Shown: one piece after another, positions 48,601-57,449 of the stretch
How positions within the stretch are numbered: the stretch's first letter is position 1
How the letters are laid out: each line of letters begins with the position of its first letter
Assembly: GCA_963818965.1 (NCBI GenBank)
Contig: CAWFUG010000011.1
Coordinates: 368,724 to 432,723 of the forward strand
From: an uncultured Verrucomicrobiae bacterium
GTDB taxonomy: Bacteria; Chlamydiota; Chlamydiia; Chlamydiales; Rhabdochlamydiaceae
Reading direction: 5' to 3'
DNA length: 64,000 nucleotides
Notes under the pieces: generated by a model
Told to the model about the DNA's origin: nothing
Database searches by the model: none
Seen by the model: only the letters and a program-made list of their open reading frames with translations
Program-made: the position numbers and the translations under genes

Positions 48601-50535
48601 AACTTCTGAAGGGAGGAGAAGGGCCTGACAGGAAAATTCTCCTGAGCAGTGGACACCAGGGAACAAGCTAGAGAGAAAGGGGGCATAGCTGTTTGTAGTG
48701 ATTTTAGAAGATTCGATTTTGCCCTCTTTCCATTTTAGAACTTGGAGGGGATTTAAAGTGAGCGCATGCAGGATATTTTCAAAATAGAACTCCCCAGTGA
48801 ATTGATCTCCAACGAGATCGGCATTCAGATCGACTCTCAAAGATTGTTCATCGAAGTGGAGGTTTCCATCCACGGCGATCGGATAGGGTTTGGCTTCTTT
48901 TAAAGGAAGGAGTTCCTTGGCATCTCCAAAAAGGCGAAAATGGGCGATCGGCTCCTTTTCTTGCAGAGTCAAGTGTGGAGTCAACTGAGCTTCTGCGCTC
49001 AAATCGCCCCACTTTCCTTCGATGAATGAGGGAAGCAGTTTCCCATTTTGCATCGCGATCTCTCCTTTTGCCTCTTTGAAGTGGGAATCCGCTTGGATGT
49101 AATCCACTCCACTCCACGTTAGCTTCAGATCCTCCCATTTCCACTGGTCGGATAGATCGCGCGCTAAGGTGCACTCCCCTTCTGCCTTTTGAATCGAGGT
49201 CGAGATTTGGTTTTCAGTGAAAGCGATCTGGAGATCTTCGATCAGGCAGTGATCGACAGACGCTTTAAGACAGACGCCCTCTTGAAAAAGCCACGTCGCA
49301 GAACCGTTCACCGACCCTCGCTGGCATTTCCCTGGCAAATCGACGAAAAAACGAAAGAAATCGAGGTGTTCATAATCGGCATGCTCGATTTTTAGCTGTA
49401 AGACATCTTGATCCCTTTCATGACGGCAAAGAGAGAGCACACCTTGCATCTGTTTGCCAGAGGGCGACTCACAGAGGCAATCGATGACAGACCAAAAGGT
49501 ATCGTTCTCCTGAAGACTCCCTTTTCCTGAAAAGGTAACGCGCATCTGTTCTTCTTCTTTTGTGACTAGACCATGCATCGCAAGTTGCGGCTCTTCTAGA
49601 GGCTCTAATTGCAGCTCTCCATTAAGGTGTGTCATCCCAAAAGGACAAGGAACTAGAGAATCACTTAAGTGAAAATCGGCTTCCTTAACGAGAAAAGAAG
49701 CGGAGAGTTTATCCCAAAAAAAGAGTCCTTCTTCAGAAGAGGGGTAAGAAAATGTACCTGTACATTCTTCACAAGAAAGGCCGATGCCGATCGAAGAGCT
49801 CTCTAGAGCGATCGCATGGGCAGATCCCGTGAACTCCAAGCGAATGAGCGCTCCTGCAGAATCCACGACGCACTGCCCGCGGACATCGACAGCACCCCGC
49901 GCGACTTCCCACTCTCTTCTCACCTTCGGAGCAATGAGTGCCGTCAGAGGGAGCAACTGACTCAAATCCTCCTCGCGCAAGTCGAAAAAGACGCTGAATA
50001 GATCCTTCTCTTTTTGGACATGGCAGAGAAAAAGAGGTGCGCTTGCTGCATCCTCAGAATAGGAGAGGGTGAGCGTCCCCACTTCCTCTTTATTTTCACC
50101 CGGCAAAAGCGAATAGTAAAGGCGCTTGGCAGAGGGCAATACCATCTCTCCCCCTTGTACTTCCAACTGAGGAGAAAAGAATCGATTGCGATAGAGAAAT
50201 ACTAGAGAAGCGTCCGTTTGAGACTCAAAAGAAGAAAAGACCACTTCAGGGTGGATCACATTTACCTTAGGCTGGAAGCAAAATTCTCGGATCACGGGCT
50301 CGATTTCGATCCGATCGATCCGCACCTGAACAGCGCCCTCCTGCATCTGCCAGCCGACACAGGCGATCCGATCCTCTTCCCACTCGATCTTCTCATAATG
50401 CGCTGAAGGGAGATACGTGCGAATGGCCAGTTTACAACCAAACAGAATCAAAGGCCGATGCGCTAAAAAAAGCACCGCGCAGAAAAGAGGAAAAAAAATC
50501 CATCCCTTCTTAAATCTTCTCGAGTGAAGCCCCAT
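45673..50535 (-). CDS. Very large N-anchored beta-rich hypothetical protein (possibly AsmA/TamB-like)
   Basis: 1620-aa ORF with a single N-terminal hydrophobic segment, alternating beta-strand patterns and C-terminal PFTLTVRGTL. The family assignment is inference. Confidence 0.55.
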   Translation of the reverse strand: MGLHSRRFKKGWIFFPLFCAVLFLAHRPLILFGCKLAIRTYLPSAHYEKIEWEEDRIACVGWQMQEGAVQVRIDRIEIEPVIREFCFQPKVNVIHPEVVFSSFESQTDASLVFLYRNRFFSPQLEVQGGEMVLPSAKRLYYSLLPGENKEEVGTLTLSYSEDAASAPLFLCHVQKEKDLFSVFFDLREEDLSQLLPLTALIAPKVRREWEVARGAVDVRGQCVVDSAGALIRLEFTGSAHAIALESSSIGIGLSCEECTGTFSYPSSEEGLFFWDKLSASFLVKEADFHLSDSLVPCPFGMTHLNGELQLEPLEEPQLAMHGLVTKEEEQMRVTFSGKGSLQENDTFWSVIDCLCESPSGKQMQGVLSLCRHERDQDVLQLKIEHADYEHLDFFRFFVDLPGKCQRGSVNGSATWLFQEGVCLKASVDHCLIEDLQIAFTENQISTSIQKAEGECTLARDLSDQWKWEDLKLTWSGVDYIQADSHFKEAKGEIAMQNGKLLPSFIEGKWGDLSAEAQLTPHLTLQEKEPIAHFRLFGDAKELLPLKEAKPYPIAVDGNLHFDEQSLRVDLNADLVGDQFTGEFYFENILHALTLNPLQVLKWKEGKIESSKITTNSYAPFLSSLFPGVHCSGEFSCQALLLPSEVQLSIGGEDLLLQSQSLEIQLPQLKGNTAHFTYDLQSQEWRGTIPLFDAKVYSHDLHLPFVGVEADLIIDGSSLQIPSLYADCAGLKLRGNLEATFPKDQPIALQFSTAHIGGSIQDLLSAARNLPEFSQWDFPVEGSFLSGEEGLVFTASFDQGIKESRWYFKGGFQEVSFGINESTEITHAHAELEFDSESKCLKVENAGGEWRLASGSLLTIGLEDVALSWPQEPGEPQCTFTAVVTDEKNEEVARLKGVASQGKEWKVTFDEEATHFLGAPLNISSLSLDDRLQPLSFSIRPVFEASRWPLYARFVQDIYGGQGVLPDLSLEGRVLAQFASQDKQPGFTFQLESSDLKVQGHPWGAVVFMGRRAQDTWFIEKIQGGEWFLNAALTRQGEDWAIPYFKGYYKDFQLRGSAEVASLQKNCTFQIDSLQSDFASLKEIPVFKNLSLPQGKALASGLLHADYSRALQLQAEVSLILDAEESLHLTLHSQKPLKLAFSMEDGWKYQGIDFVCQQPDHTAPMLRLTAEKLEKEETGEFCLKDFQLSLTPDFLYHLTKQKILPTFASRMSFADTLQLQGDVTFTTEGPRFLGHLPSGDYGIDTHTLACETLQLRYEKQQMLLKAKTTVQESPLYFSVQMNLSKTPLGVIRLFDDPSKEGLMLFFSTTEEGFCWDSMRGSCYGVSCQLEKHPKRTLLGSSILTGKITCDATTLAPLLPSTVRNAFERFQVGSGYKWQGDLTLWKADPRQFQVSGQLSGDDFELLGLRLEHFESHLEAATDRLYLSNLRIEDPSGVVGVKRIALKKEVDWDVFIPQILVREMRPSLFRKIDGSTPSMRPFSIRNLLLKDMHGKLDDFSSFEASGHLTFTNQWKKESSIFDLPIGLFKDIGLDPSIFTPAEGEVDLELRGDKCYLLSLKNAFSEGNRSEFYLAPTSELSYIDLSGNVHINLKVEQEALLKLAEPFTLTVRGTLDKLRYGIQF

Positions 50536-50632
50536 AAGTCAAACCATTTTTTTCCAAAGGTTACCAGTTTGACGAAAATTGGGAAAGCCGGAACATTGTG
50601 GAGCAGTGTGAGAAAGATCTATACCCAACTTT

Positions 50633-50705
50633 TATACCCCGCCCGGTCAGGAATTGCGAATTTGAGCACGTCAAAGCCCCGGGATTCTTGACCGGGCGGG
50701 GTATA
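50633..50705. mobile_element. TA|TACCCC..GGGGTA|TA element (69 bp)
   Basis: TACCCCGCCCGGTCA/TGACCGGGCGGGGTA arms; internal ATTTGAGCACGTCAAAGCCCCGGGATT matches the 43052 minus strand. Confidence 0.85.
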
Positions 50706-50873
50706 TACCCAAGTGGACTCAAAAGTTGGTCGTAGGGCCGCGCGAAAGTTCCCGTGATTGAGTTGCCAGAGAGGGGGGTTGTATTTCTTCAATACTACCC
50801 CCCCTCTCTGGCAATCTCAATCCCGGGGCTTTGGCGCGGCCCTACGACCAACTTTTGAGTCCACTTGGGTATA
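50704..50873. mobile_element. Full-length TA|TACCC..GGGTA|TA hairpin element (166 bp)
   Basis: Perfect 38-bp outer arms, same mismatched block and identical 17-nt apex as 43052; shares a TA with the adjacent copy. Confidence 0.92.
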
Positions 50874-50883
50874 GGATAGATTC

Positions 50884-51441
50884 TTAATGAACGACGAAAA
50901 ACTTTGGTTTTGTTTTTCTGGAACTGATGATTTTATCTATGGATTGTTGGAGATGGTCGGAAATGGCACGTTCCATTTCTTTGGGAGTTATAGGATCGAC
51001 AAAAACAAGAGTGTACCCTGAAATCATAATACCTCCTCTATAAGGATCTCCATCTACAGACTTCGCTTTCGTAGCAAGGGCGCTTACGTATGAGGTAATG
51101 GTAACCAAGCAAGATTTTTCCTCATTATTTCTCTGAAAAGTAATGTAAGTAGATATGCTTGGAGATAGGGCAGCTCCTTCAATAGAGTTTTCCCCTGTAA
51201 TCACAACATCGGCTTTTTCTTTGACTAGAGATTTCACCATCGCATCGACATTCATTTTTTCTTCGCCAGAAAAAAAGAAAGAAACCGTTTCGACAGAACC
51301 GTAATCAAACCCTTGTGAAGCACAAGGGAAAGATGCATTGAAGACTTCTTTTGCATCCAAGGTGCACGCAGTGATGATGCCCCAACAAATCAATCCCAAT
51401 AAGGGTCTGGAGGAATGCCAAATAATTCTATTCTTTTCCAT
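50884..51441 (-). CDS. Hypothetical exported protein
   Basis: 185-aa ORF with a signal-like N-terminus, overlapping the gcvH end; GGAGG RBS. Confidence 0.6.
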   Translation of the reverse strand: MEKNRIIWHSSRPLLGLICWGIITACTLDAKEVFNASFPCASQGFDYGSVETVSFFFSGEEKMNVDAMVKSLVKEKADVVITGENSIEGAALSPSISTYITFQRNNEEKSCLVTITSYVSALATKAKSVDGDPYRGGIMISGYTLVFVDPITPKEMERAISDHLQQSIDKIISSRKTKPKFFVVH

Positions 51442-51805
51442 TAAACCCTCCCACCAGTTTTAAATACGCGTCGCGTGTGAGCAGAGAGTCCCACTCTTCA
51501 GGAAGAGAGACCTGGATCTTGAATAACCACCCTTCCTCTTCTGGGGAAGCATTGATTAAATGGATGTGTTCGGCGAGTTTTTGATTGATGGCGATAATCT
51601 CCCCTGAAACGGGAGTGTAGACATCAGCTGCAGCTTTTGTCGATTCTAGAACGACGATCTCTTCTCCTGCGCGCACTTTTTGTCCGACGCGTGGGAGCTG
51701 AATATAGACGACCTCTCCGAGCTCTTTCTGCGCATGGTCGGTAATCCCCACCGTGCCGACGCCCTGTTCCATAGCAATCCATTCATGCGATTCTGTAAAT
51801 TTCAT
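51428..51805 (-). CDS. gcvH: Glycine cleavage system H protein
   Basis: FTESHEW, VGITDHAQ.ELG, LESTKAAADV (lipoyl Lys) and EEGWLF motifs. Confidence 0.95.
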   Translation of the reverse strand: MKFTESHEWIAMEQGVGTVGITDHAQKELGEVVYIQLPRVGQKVRAGEEIVVLESTKAAADVYTPVSGEIIAINQKLAEHIHLINASPEEEGWLFKIQVSLPEEWDSLLTRDAYLKLVGGFNGKE

Positions 51806-51809
51806 GGTC

Positions 51810-52451
51810 TTACCGACAAAGTTTTAGGGTCGCCCATAACTTGGGATTTTGTTCTAACTTAAAGTTTTCCGCAGCGAGTGCAAAGTGCTGGGGTGGTCCT
51901 CCACAGCGATGGATTCTATAGGTAAAGCCTAATCGATCAAATCCGTTGGGATCAAATCCATGCAAGCAGTGCGTGGGGATCTCGATCTTCATCTCGTAGG
52001 CTTTTTTCTCAAACGAGGTAGTGACACTCAAGTCGGAGGGGTCGCATAAGGGGTGGGTATCCTCTGTACGGAAGTGGGTCAGCTCTTGAGCTTGGATCCC
52101 CAGGACAGGCTGTGGGAGAAAGAGGAAATGGTGGCAGAAGCGGGTCGCAAAGCCGGTCGTCTTTAAATCGCGCGTATCGAAGAAGAGTTCCACGGCATCT
52201 GTTCCTGCAAAATTCGGGAAAGAGCAGCGCTCGAAAGGCGTATCAAAAGAGATATCGAGCGCGATTCCTCCTTCATTCCACGCCATGCGCAGCGTACAAA
52301 AAGACTCCTCATCTAAAAGATCTGTCACATCGGGGAGCTGGTATTTCTTAGACAGCGCCCTCCCTGTCCCCTCAAAGTGCAGATCTGCTTCTAGGGTGAA
52401 AAAGTCGAGGGGCAATAGAGCGGGCATCGCCTCGAGAGCTTCCTCTTCCAT
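51810..52451 (-). CDS. Hypothetical protein, possible CBM9/DOMON-like fold
   Basis: LRMAWNEGGI, DAVELFFDTRD, YEMKIEIP and RLGFTY pattern. Confidence 0.55.
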   Translation of the reverse strand: MEEEALEAMPALLPLDFFTLEADLHFEGTGRALSKKYQLPDVTDLLDEESFCTLRMAWNEGGIALDISFDTPFERCSFPNFAGTDAVELFFDTRDLKTTGFATRFCHHFLFLPQPVLGIQAQELTHFRTEDTHPLCDPSDLSVTTSFEKKAYEMKIEIPTHCLHGFDPNGFDRLGFTYRIHRCGGPPQHFALAAENFKLEQNPKLWATLKLCR

Positions 52452-54782
52452 TTAGCGATCCTCTATAAAGGAGTAGGAGAGTTCCATCGCTTTCTGCTCT
52501 TTGATCTCTTTTAAGATCTGTTGGAAGAGATCGCGTTTGGCGTCGATGCTGAGGATCTCGTGCCCTTTATCCAGACTGTCTAGAGAAATCTCTCCGGCAG
52601 CTTGGTGGGCTGTAACAGAATAAAAACCGATCTTTCCTCGATCAGCTACTTGTACGCTCGACCACTGACCTAAGGGAAGGGCAAACATCTCCTCTTTCGA
52701 GAAGCTAAGCGGTGTGCAACGCTCTACATGCATCTGCTCTTTTTCCAGCTGCCACTGCTGTGCGAGGGGCAGGGAAGTTTTTTCTGACACAACTCCCTGG
52801 CTCACATGAGAGAGCATGCGCGCATTGCTGTAAAAATTCAGAGGTAGGTCCTCTGCATTGACGGGAAGAGATTTAAAATAGGATTGGTAGCCATCTTCAA
52901 TGCTCTTGAGAAGATCGGAAAAGGCGATTTTACCGATCTCTTTTTTCACATCGGTATAGGGCTTGAACTGGCCATTTGCGTCTTGAAAGAGGCGGGGAGC
53001 TTTTTTACGCGCTTCCGGATAAGCAGCTTCTAATCGCGTATCGAGGAAGAGATCGAGAGCCCCTGCTTTGATCGCCTGATCGAAGAGCAAAACCGTCTTC
53101 TCTAAACCGCGTTCGATTACTTCAATCCGGTAGTAGGTCTTTTGATCAGGTGTATACAACCGCAGCCGCTGACTCGTAGCATCAGGAGTTTCTCCTTTTA
53201 AAGGGGCCTTTTCTAAAAGGGAGATTAACTCCAGGTTTCCCTTAGAAGATCCAAACGGAAGGCCGCTTCCTTTCACACCGACTCCCAAATGCTGAGACTC
53301 CAAAGAAGCTCTTTCCAAGGCGATGAGGATTTTTTCCGGATGGGCATCGATCATCTTTTCCCGGGCAAATAGGTCGACCTTCTGCCGGACTTTGGAATCC
53401 AATTGGTCGAGAACTTGCAGGCGTTCTCCTTTTTCTTGAGCTTTTGCGTTGCCAAGCTCTGTAAATTGTCGTTTGAGTATTTCCCAGTTATGATTGGCGA
53501 CTTGCCAATCTCTCGTCTCTTTTAAGCTGATCTCTTGGCACAACTCCGCCCGAGTGACAGAGCTCCATTCCAACAGAAACTTCCGCTCGACGAGTTCAGG
53601 ACACCGTTTTTCGATCTGTTCGAGGCTTGCGATCTCTGTGGGAAGGGTCAAATTCTTGCGGAGGCTCTGAGGATCTTTCGCGATCGCTTCGAGATAGATT
53701 TGGAATTTGAGCATCGTGAGGAAATCGGGGAATTGTAGACCCTTGGGTACCTGATAGAGATCGATATCGACGCTCTCTTTTGTGAATTGCTCAAATTGAC
53801 CGAAGGCGAGGGAATCGATGAGAGTGCCCCCACTCGTATCCTCTAACAACCTGCGGTAGAGCATTACTTTATGCCATGCGCTTAGCAACATCTGTTCATC
53901 CATCCCTAAATGATGGGCTGCATGGTGGTAATAATTTTCCATCTCTTCAGCAGTCAACATCTTTTCCTGAGAGAGCTGCCGGTACCCTTGAGCGATATTT
54001 TTAAAGAGATCGCCTCTCACCTCTTCTCTTGGGATGAAGATCCCACGCGCTTCGGCGAGTTGCGCTCCATTCAAAATGAACTGGGCAGCGAGAGTGACGA
54101 AATGGGGACCAAACCACTCTTCGACATTTTTAAAACCAAAAAGGGACAAATCGGCCTGAATGAGTAGAGGATCTTGTTGCAAGCCCAATTGGTTCTGCTG
54201 CATGTACAGCACGCGTCGCAAAGTCTCAGAGGGAAGAGAGAGCTGTTCGAGAAAAACTTGAGAAAGCAAGACGAATGATTCTGGGTTCAGCTGGTCACTT
54301 CTCACTTTTAACGAGTAGTACTTGTCGAGAAGAGAAGGGGCAAACCGTCGCCAAACCGCCTCTGCGCTCACTTGGCTGACAGAGGTATTCTGCGGATGGA
54401 CATAAGGGCGGTAATTTTTGATCTTTTTTGCTCTCTTCTCTAGCTCAGGACGCAGGGTCTCGAAGAAGTCTTTGGAGAGGAGAACTCCAAATCCACTCGA
54501 CAAGAAGTCTTTTTCAATGACCCCATCGTTCAAGACATTGATCATTCTTCCCCTTTCAGGGCCGTTTTGATCGAAGGGAGAGGTGCTGATTAAGCGACAG
54601 AGGGCATTGAGCTCTTGCTGCCGGATCGGTTTTCCTGCGAGCCCTTTCCCCAACTCTTTATCTTCGATGACCGTCTGAGGACCCAGGGTATTATACGTGC
54701 CAAAGAACAAAAATGAGATGACGATCGCGACTGTCACCACTACAAAAAAGATCTTCTGGTACTTGCGAAAAAATTGAAGCAT
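52452..54782 (-). CDS. Conserved chlamydial membrane-anchored protein (CT283-like; SurA/PpiD-like N-terminus)
   Basis: MLQFFRKYQK + TM + SFLFFG start typical of PpiD-type anchors; located next to gcvH. Confidence 0.6.
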   Translation of the reverse strand: MLQFFRKYQKIFFVVVTVAIVISFLFFGTYNTLGPQTVIEDKELGKGLAGKPIRQQELNALCRLISTSPFDQNGPERGRMINVLNDGVIEKDFLSSGFGVLLSKDFFETLRPELEKRAKKIKNYRPYVHPQNTSVSQVSAEAVWRRFAPSLLDKYYSLKVRSDQLNPESFVLLSQVFLEQLSLPSETLRRVLYMQQNQLGLQQDPLLIQADLSLFGFKNVEEWFGPHFVTLAAQFILNGAQLAEARGIFIPREEVRGDLFKNIAQGYRQLSQEKMLTAEEMENYYHHAAHHLGMDEQMLLSAWHKVMLYRRLLEDTSGGTLIDSLAFGQFEQFTKESVDIDLYQVPKGLQFPDFLTMLKFQIYLEAIAKDPQSLRKNLTLPTEIASLEQIEKRCPELVERKFLLEWSSVTRAELCQEISLKETRDWQVANHNWEILKRQFTELGNAKAQEKGERLQVLDQLDSKVRQKVDLFAREKMIDAHPEKILIALERASLESQHLGVGVKGSGLPFGSSKGNLELISLLEKAPLKGETPDATSQRLRLYTPDQKTYYRIEVIERGLEKTVLLFDQAIKAGALDLFLDTRLEAAYPEARKKAPRLFQDANGQFKPYTDVKKEIGKIAFSDLLKSIEDGYQSYFKSLPVNAEDLPLNFYSNARMLSHVSQGVVSEKTSLPLAQQWQLEKEQMHVERCTPLSFSKEEMFALPLGQWSSVQVADRGKIGFYSVTAHQAAGEISLDSLDKGHEILSIDAKRDLFQQILKEIKEQKAMELSYSFIEDR

Positions 54783-54890
54783 CGGCTCTCGACTCCTTTA
54801 TATACCCCACTAGACTAACTAATTTCCAACTTCTCGACAAAAAGAAAATTCAGATCCATCCGACAAATACGCTTGTCGCGGGGACGACAA

Positions 54891-55016
54891 GGAAATGGTA
54901 GGAATGATAGAATGATATGAATGATGGAGAAGGAAATATTTTTTATATGCAGATTCGGTTTTGAGAAAATAAAAAAATTCCCATCATTCTTATCATTATA
55001 TCCTTCTACCATTCCC
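54891..55016. repeat. Imperfect ~40-bp inverted repeats built from AATGAT units
   Basis: GGAAATGGTAGGAATGATAGAATGATATGAATGATGGAGAA (54891-54931) versus the reverse complement of 54978-55016, GGGAATGGTAGAAGGATATAATGATAAGAATGATGGGAA. Confidence 0.65.
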
Positions 55017-55037
55017 TTACCGCTCGCTCCAAAAAAC

Positions 55038-56555
55038 TCAATATGCTTTGGCGTAAATCACGCGCTGGCGACTCTTTTTCCCACTGACAGGACATACCCC
55101 TTCTTCTTGGGATCCATCGAGAGGGATGCAGCGGATCGTGACGCCGAGATCCTTTTGGATCTGTTCCTCGACGGCGGGGTCTTCACTCCAGTGGGAAAGG
55201 GCAAAACCTCCATGGATCTCTGGTCGCTCCGCATTTTTCGCAGTAAAAAAGTCATAAAAATCGCTCTTCGTATCGATTTTGTGGATGTGAGCGTTGCGAA
55301 ACTCAAGCGCTTTTTGGTAAAGGGAGGTTTGGATCTCATCGAGTTGGCTGAGGACTGTTTCGAGCAATTCCTCTCGGCTTTGATGAGTGGATTCCTTATG
55401 ACCCCGATCGCGACGCATGACAGGGAGGCGATTCGCTGCGATATCACGCGGTCCGATTTCAACACGCAAAGGCACTCCCTTCTTCACCCAAGACCACATC
55501 TTCTCTCCCCCTCTTAAATCACGCTCATCGACGATGACAGTGAGCGGATGTCTTGCATAGAGCAAATGGCGCAATTGCCCTGCCAAAGAGTGGCAATAAG
55601 AGAGAACCTCTGCTTTCGTTTCTTCTTTATGGATGACGGGAATGATGACGAGGTGTGCAGATGCGACGCGCGGAGGTAGGATGAGTCCATCGTCATCGCT
55701 ATGGGACATGATGAGCGCTCCAATGGTACGCGTACTCATTCCCCAAGAAGTGGTCCACGCATAGCGAATTTCTCCATCGACATCTCTAAATTTAATCTCT
55801 GAGGCCTTGGCGAAATTCTGTCCCAAAAAGTGGGAAGTTCCCCCTTGAATGGCCTTTCTATCTTGAGTCATCAATTCAACCGTATAGGTATCGACAGCAC
55901 CTGGAAATTTTTCGCCAGGTGTTTTGGCTCCCTTAATGACGGGGATCGCGAGACTGTTTTGTAAAAAGTTTTCGTAGACGCCGAGCATACGGATCGTCTC
56001 TTCTTCCGCCTCTTGCTGTGTCGCATGGGCGGTGTGCCCCTCTTGCCATAAAAACTCTGTGGTGCGCAAAAACATCCGCGTACGCATCTCCCAACGCACG
56101 ACATTCGCCCACTGATTGATCAAAAGAGGAAGGTCTCGATAAGACTCGATCCATTTCGCATAGGAAGCTCCGATAATAGTCTCTGAGGTGGGGCGGACAA
56201 CGAGGGGTTCTTCTAGCTCTCCTGCGGGGATGAGTTTCCCGTCCCTCCCTTTTTCGAGGCGATGGTGGGTGACGACTGCGCACTCCTTGGCAAACCCTTC
56301 GACGTGGGCGGCTTCTTTTTCTAGAAAACTCAAGGGAATAAATAAGGGGAAATAGGCATTGACGTGACCTGTCGCCTTGAACATCCCATCGAGGGTCCTC
56401 TGCATATTCTCCCAGATCGCATAACCCCACGGCTTGATTACCATACAGCCCCGGACGGGAGAATGTTCTGCCAAATCGGCTGCTTTTATAACCGATTGGA
56501 ACCACTCTGAATAATTTTCTTGTCGCGTCGGCTCGATGGCTGTCTTCATTTTCAC
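55038..56555 (-). CDS. proS: Proline--tRNA ligase, archaeal/eukaryotic type
   Basis: VRPTSETII, NQWANVVRWE, FLRTTEFLWQEGHTAH and HFLGQNFAK motifs; C-terminal YAKAY; no INS editing insertion. Confidence 0.95.
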   Translation of the reverse strand: MKMKTAIEPTRQENYSEWFQSVIKAADLAEHSPVRGCMVIKPWGYAIWENMQRTLDGMFKATGHVNAYFPLFIPLSFLEKEAAHVEGFAKECAVVTHHRLEKGRDGKLIPAGELEEPLVVRPTSETIIGASYAKWIESYRDLPLLINQWANVVRWEMRTRMFLRTTEFLWQEGHTAHATQQEAEEETIRMLGVYENFLQNSLAIPVIKGAKTPGEKFPGAVDTYTVELMTQDRKAIQGGTSHFLGQNFAKASEIKFRDVDGEIRYAWTTSWGMSTRTIGALIMSHSDDDGLILPPRVASAHLVIIPVIHKEETKAEVLSYCHSLAGQLRHLLYARHPLTVIVDERDLRGGEKMWSWVKKGVPLRVEIGPRDIAANRLPVMRRDRGHKESTHQSREELLETVLSQLDEIQTSLYQKALEFRNAHIHKIDTKSDFYDFFTAKNAERPEIHGGFALSHWSEDPAVEEQIQKDLGVTIRCIPLDGSQEEGVCPVSGKKSRQRVIYAKAY

Positions 56556-56556
56556 C

Positions 56557-57297
56557 TCAATTAATCTCGTTTAATATAGAAGAAGCGCGACTTAAATGGG
56601 TAGCCAAAAGGGGCCTCAATTCCGCTTTGGCTCGCACCAGATCTGCCTCTTTGGGGCACCGTCCCAAAAGGGCGGCTGTGTGCAATTGCATCGCCTCCCC
56701 CACCTGAACTCCCGTAGGGAGGATTTCAGTGAGGAGTTCTTTTTCCGGCATACAAAGAGCGATCGTCCCCTGGTGTAAAAATCCCTTTCTCGTCTTGCGC
56801 TGAGCGGCGCCCGCGACCTTCCTCCCCTCCCATAACACATCGTATTTTGTCGGCTTGGCCATACAAAAGTGGCGGCAGCTCTCATCTAAGGAAGCCAGGT
56901 CTTCGAGCGTCAATGAAAGGGGCGGGGTTCCTTTGGCAAATTCCTTAACCGCCGCTAAGACAGCGCTATTGACAAAGGCGTAATTGTCCAACGTGTTTTC
57001 AGAAAATTCAGGGCAAACAGCCGGCACAAGGACAGAAAAGGCCATGTCCCAAAAATGAAAGACAACCCCCCCACCTGTGGGTCTTCGCGCAAGAGAAATC
57101 CCATGACGCTTCACTCCATCCAACTGCAAACACTGCGCCGGATCGATGAAATACCCATAAGTCGCACTCCTCCCCTCCCATTCATAAAAATGGATAATCG
57201 GACGAGCATAGCGATCCAAATTTTCCAGGAGTTCTGCGTCAAACCGCATATTCTCCTCAGCGCTTTTTTCCCCTGTATCTATGATTTCCCATTCCAT
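56557..57297 (-). CDS. lplA: Lipoate-protein ligase family protein (LplA/LipM-like)
   Basis: NMRFDAELL, RRPTGGGVVFH and RKVAGAAQR...HQG motifs. Confidence 0.8.
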   Translation of the reverse strand: MEWEIIDTGEKSAEENMRFDAELLENLDRYARPIIHFYEWEGRSATYGYFIDPAQCLQLDGVKRHGISLARRPTGGGVVFHFWDMAFSVLVPAVCPEFSENTLDNYAFVNSAVLAAVKEFAKGTPPLSLTLEDLASLDESCRHFCMAKPTKYDVLWEGRKVAGAAQRKTRKGFLHQGTIALCMPEKELLTEILPTGVQVGEAMQLHTAALLGRCPKEADLVRAKAELRPLLATHLSRASSILNEIN

Positions 57298-57449
57298 AGC
57301 TTCCTATTTATAGGTTACACCCAATTTTGTATTGGTATAAATATTAAAACCCAAAAGTTTACAATAAATCGAATAAAAATGGCAAAAATTTGCAAAAAAA
57401 AGAAAATCTGCTTACAATTCGGAGAGGGTAATCCCTTAGTAGGAGGCTT

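Noticed and set aside
50706..50871. Integron attC site
   Set aside because: No RYYYAAC/GTTRRRY core sites, no cassette array and no integrase.
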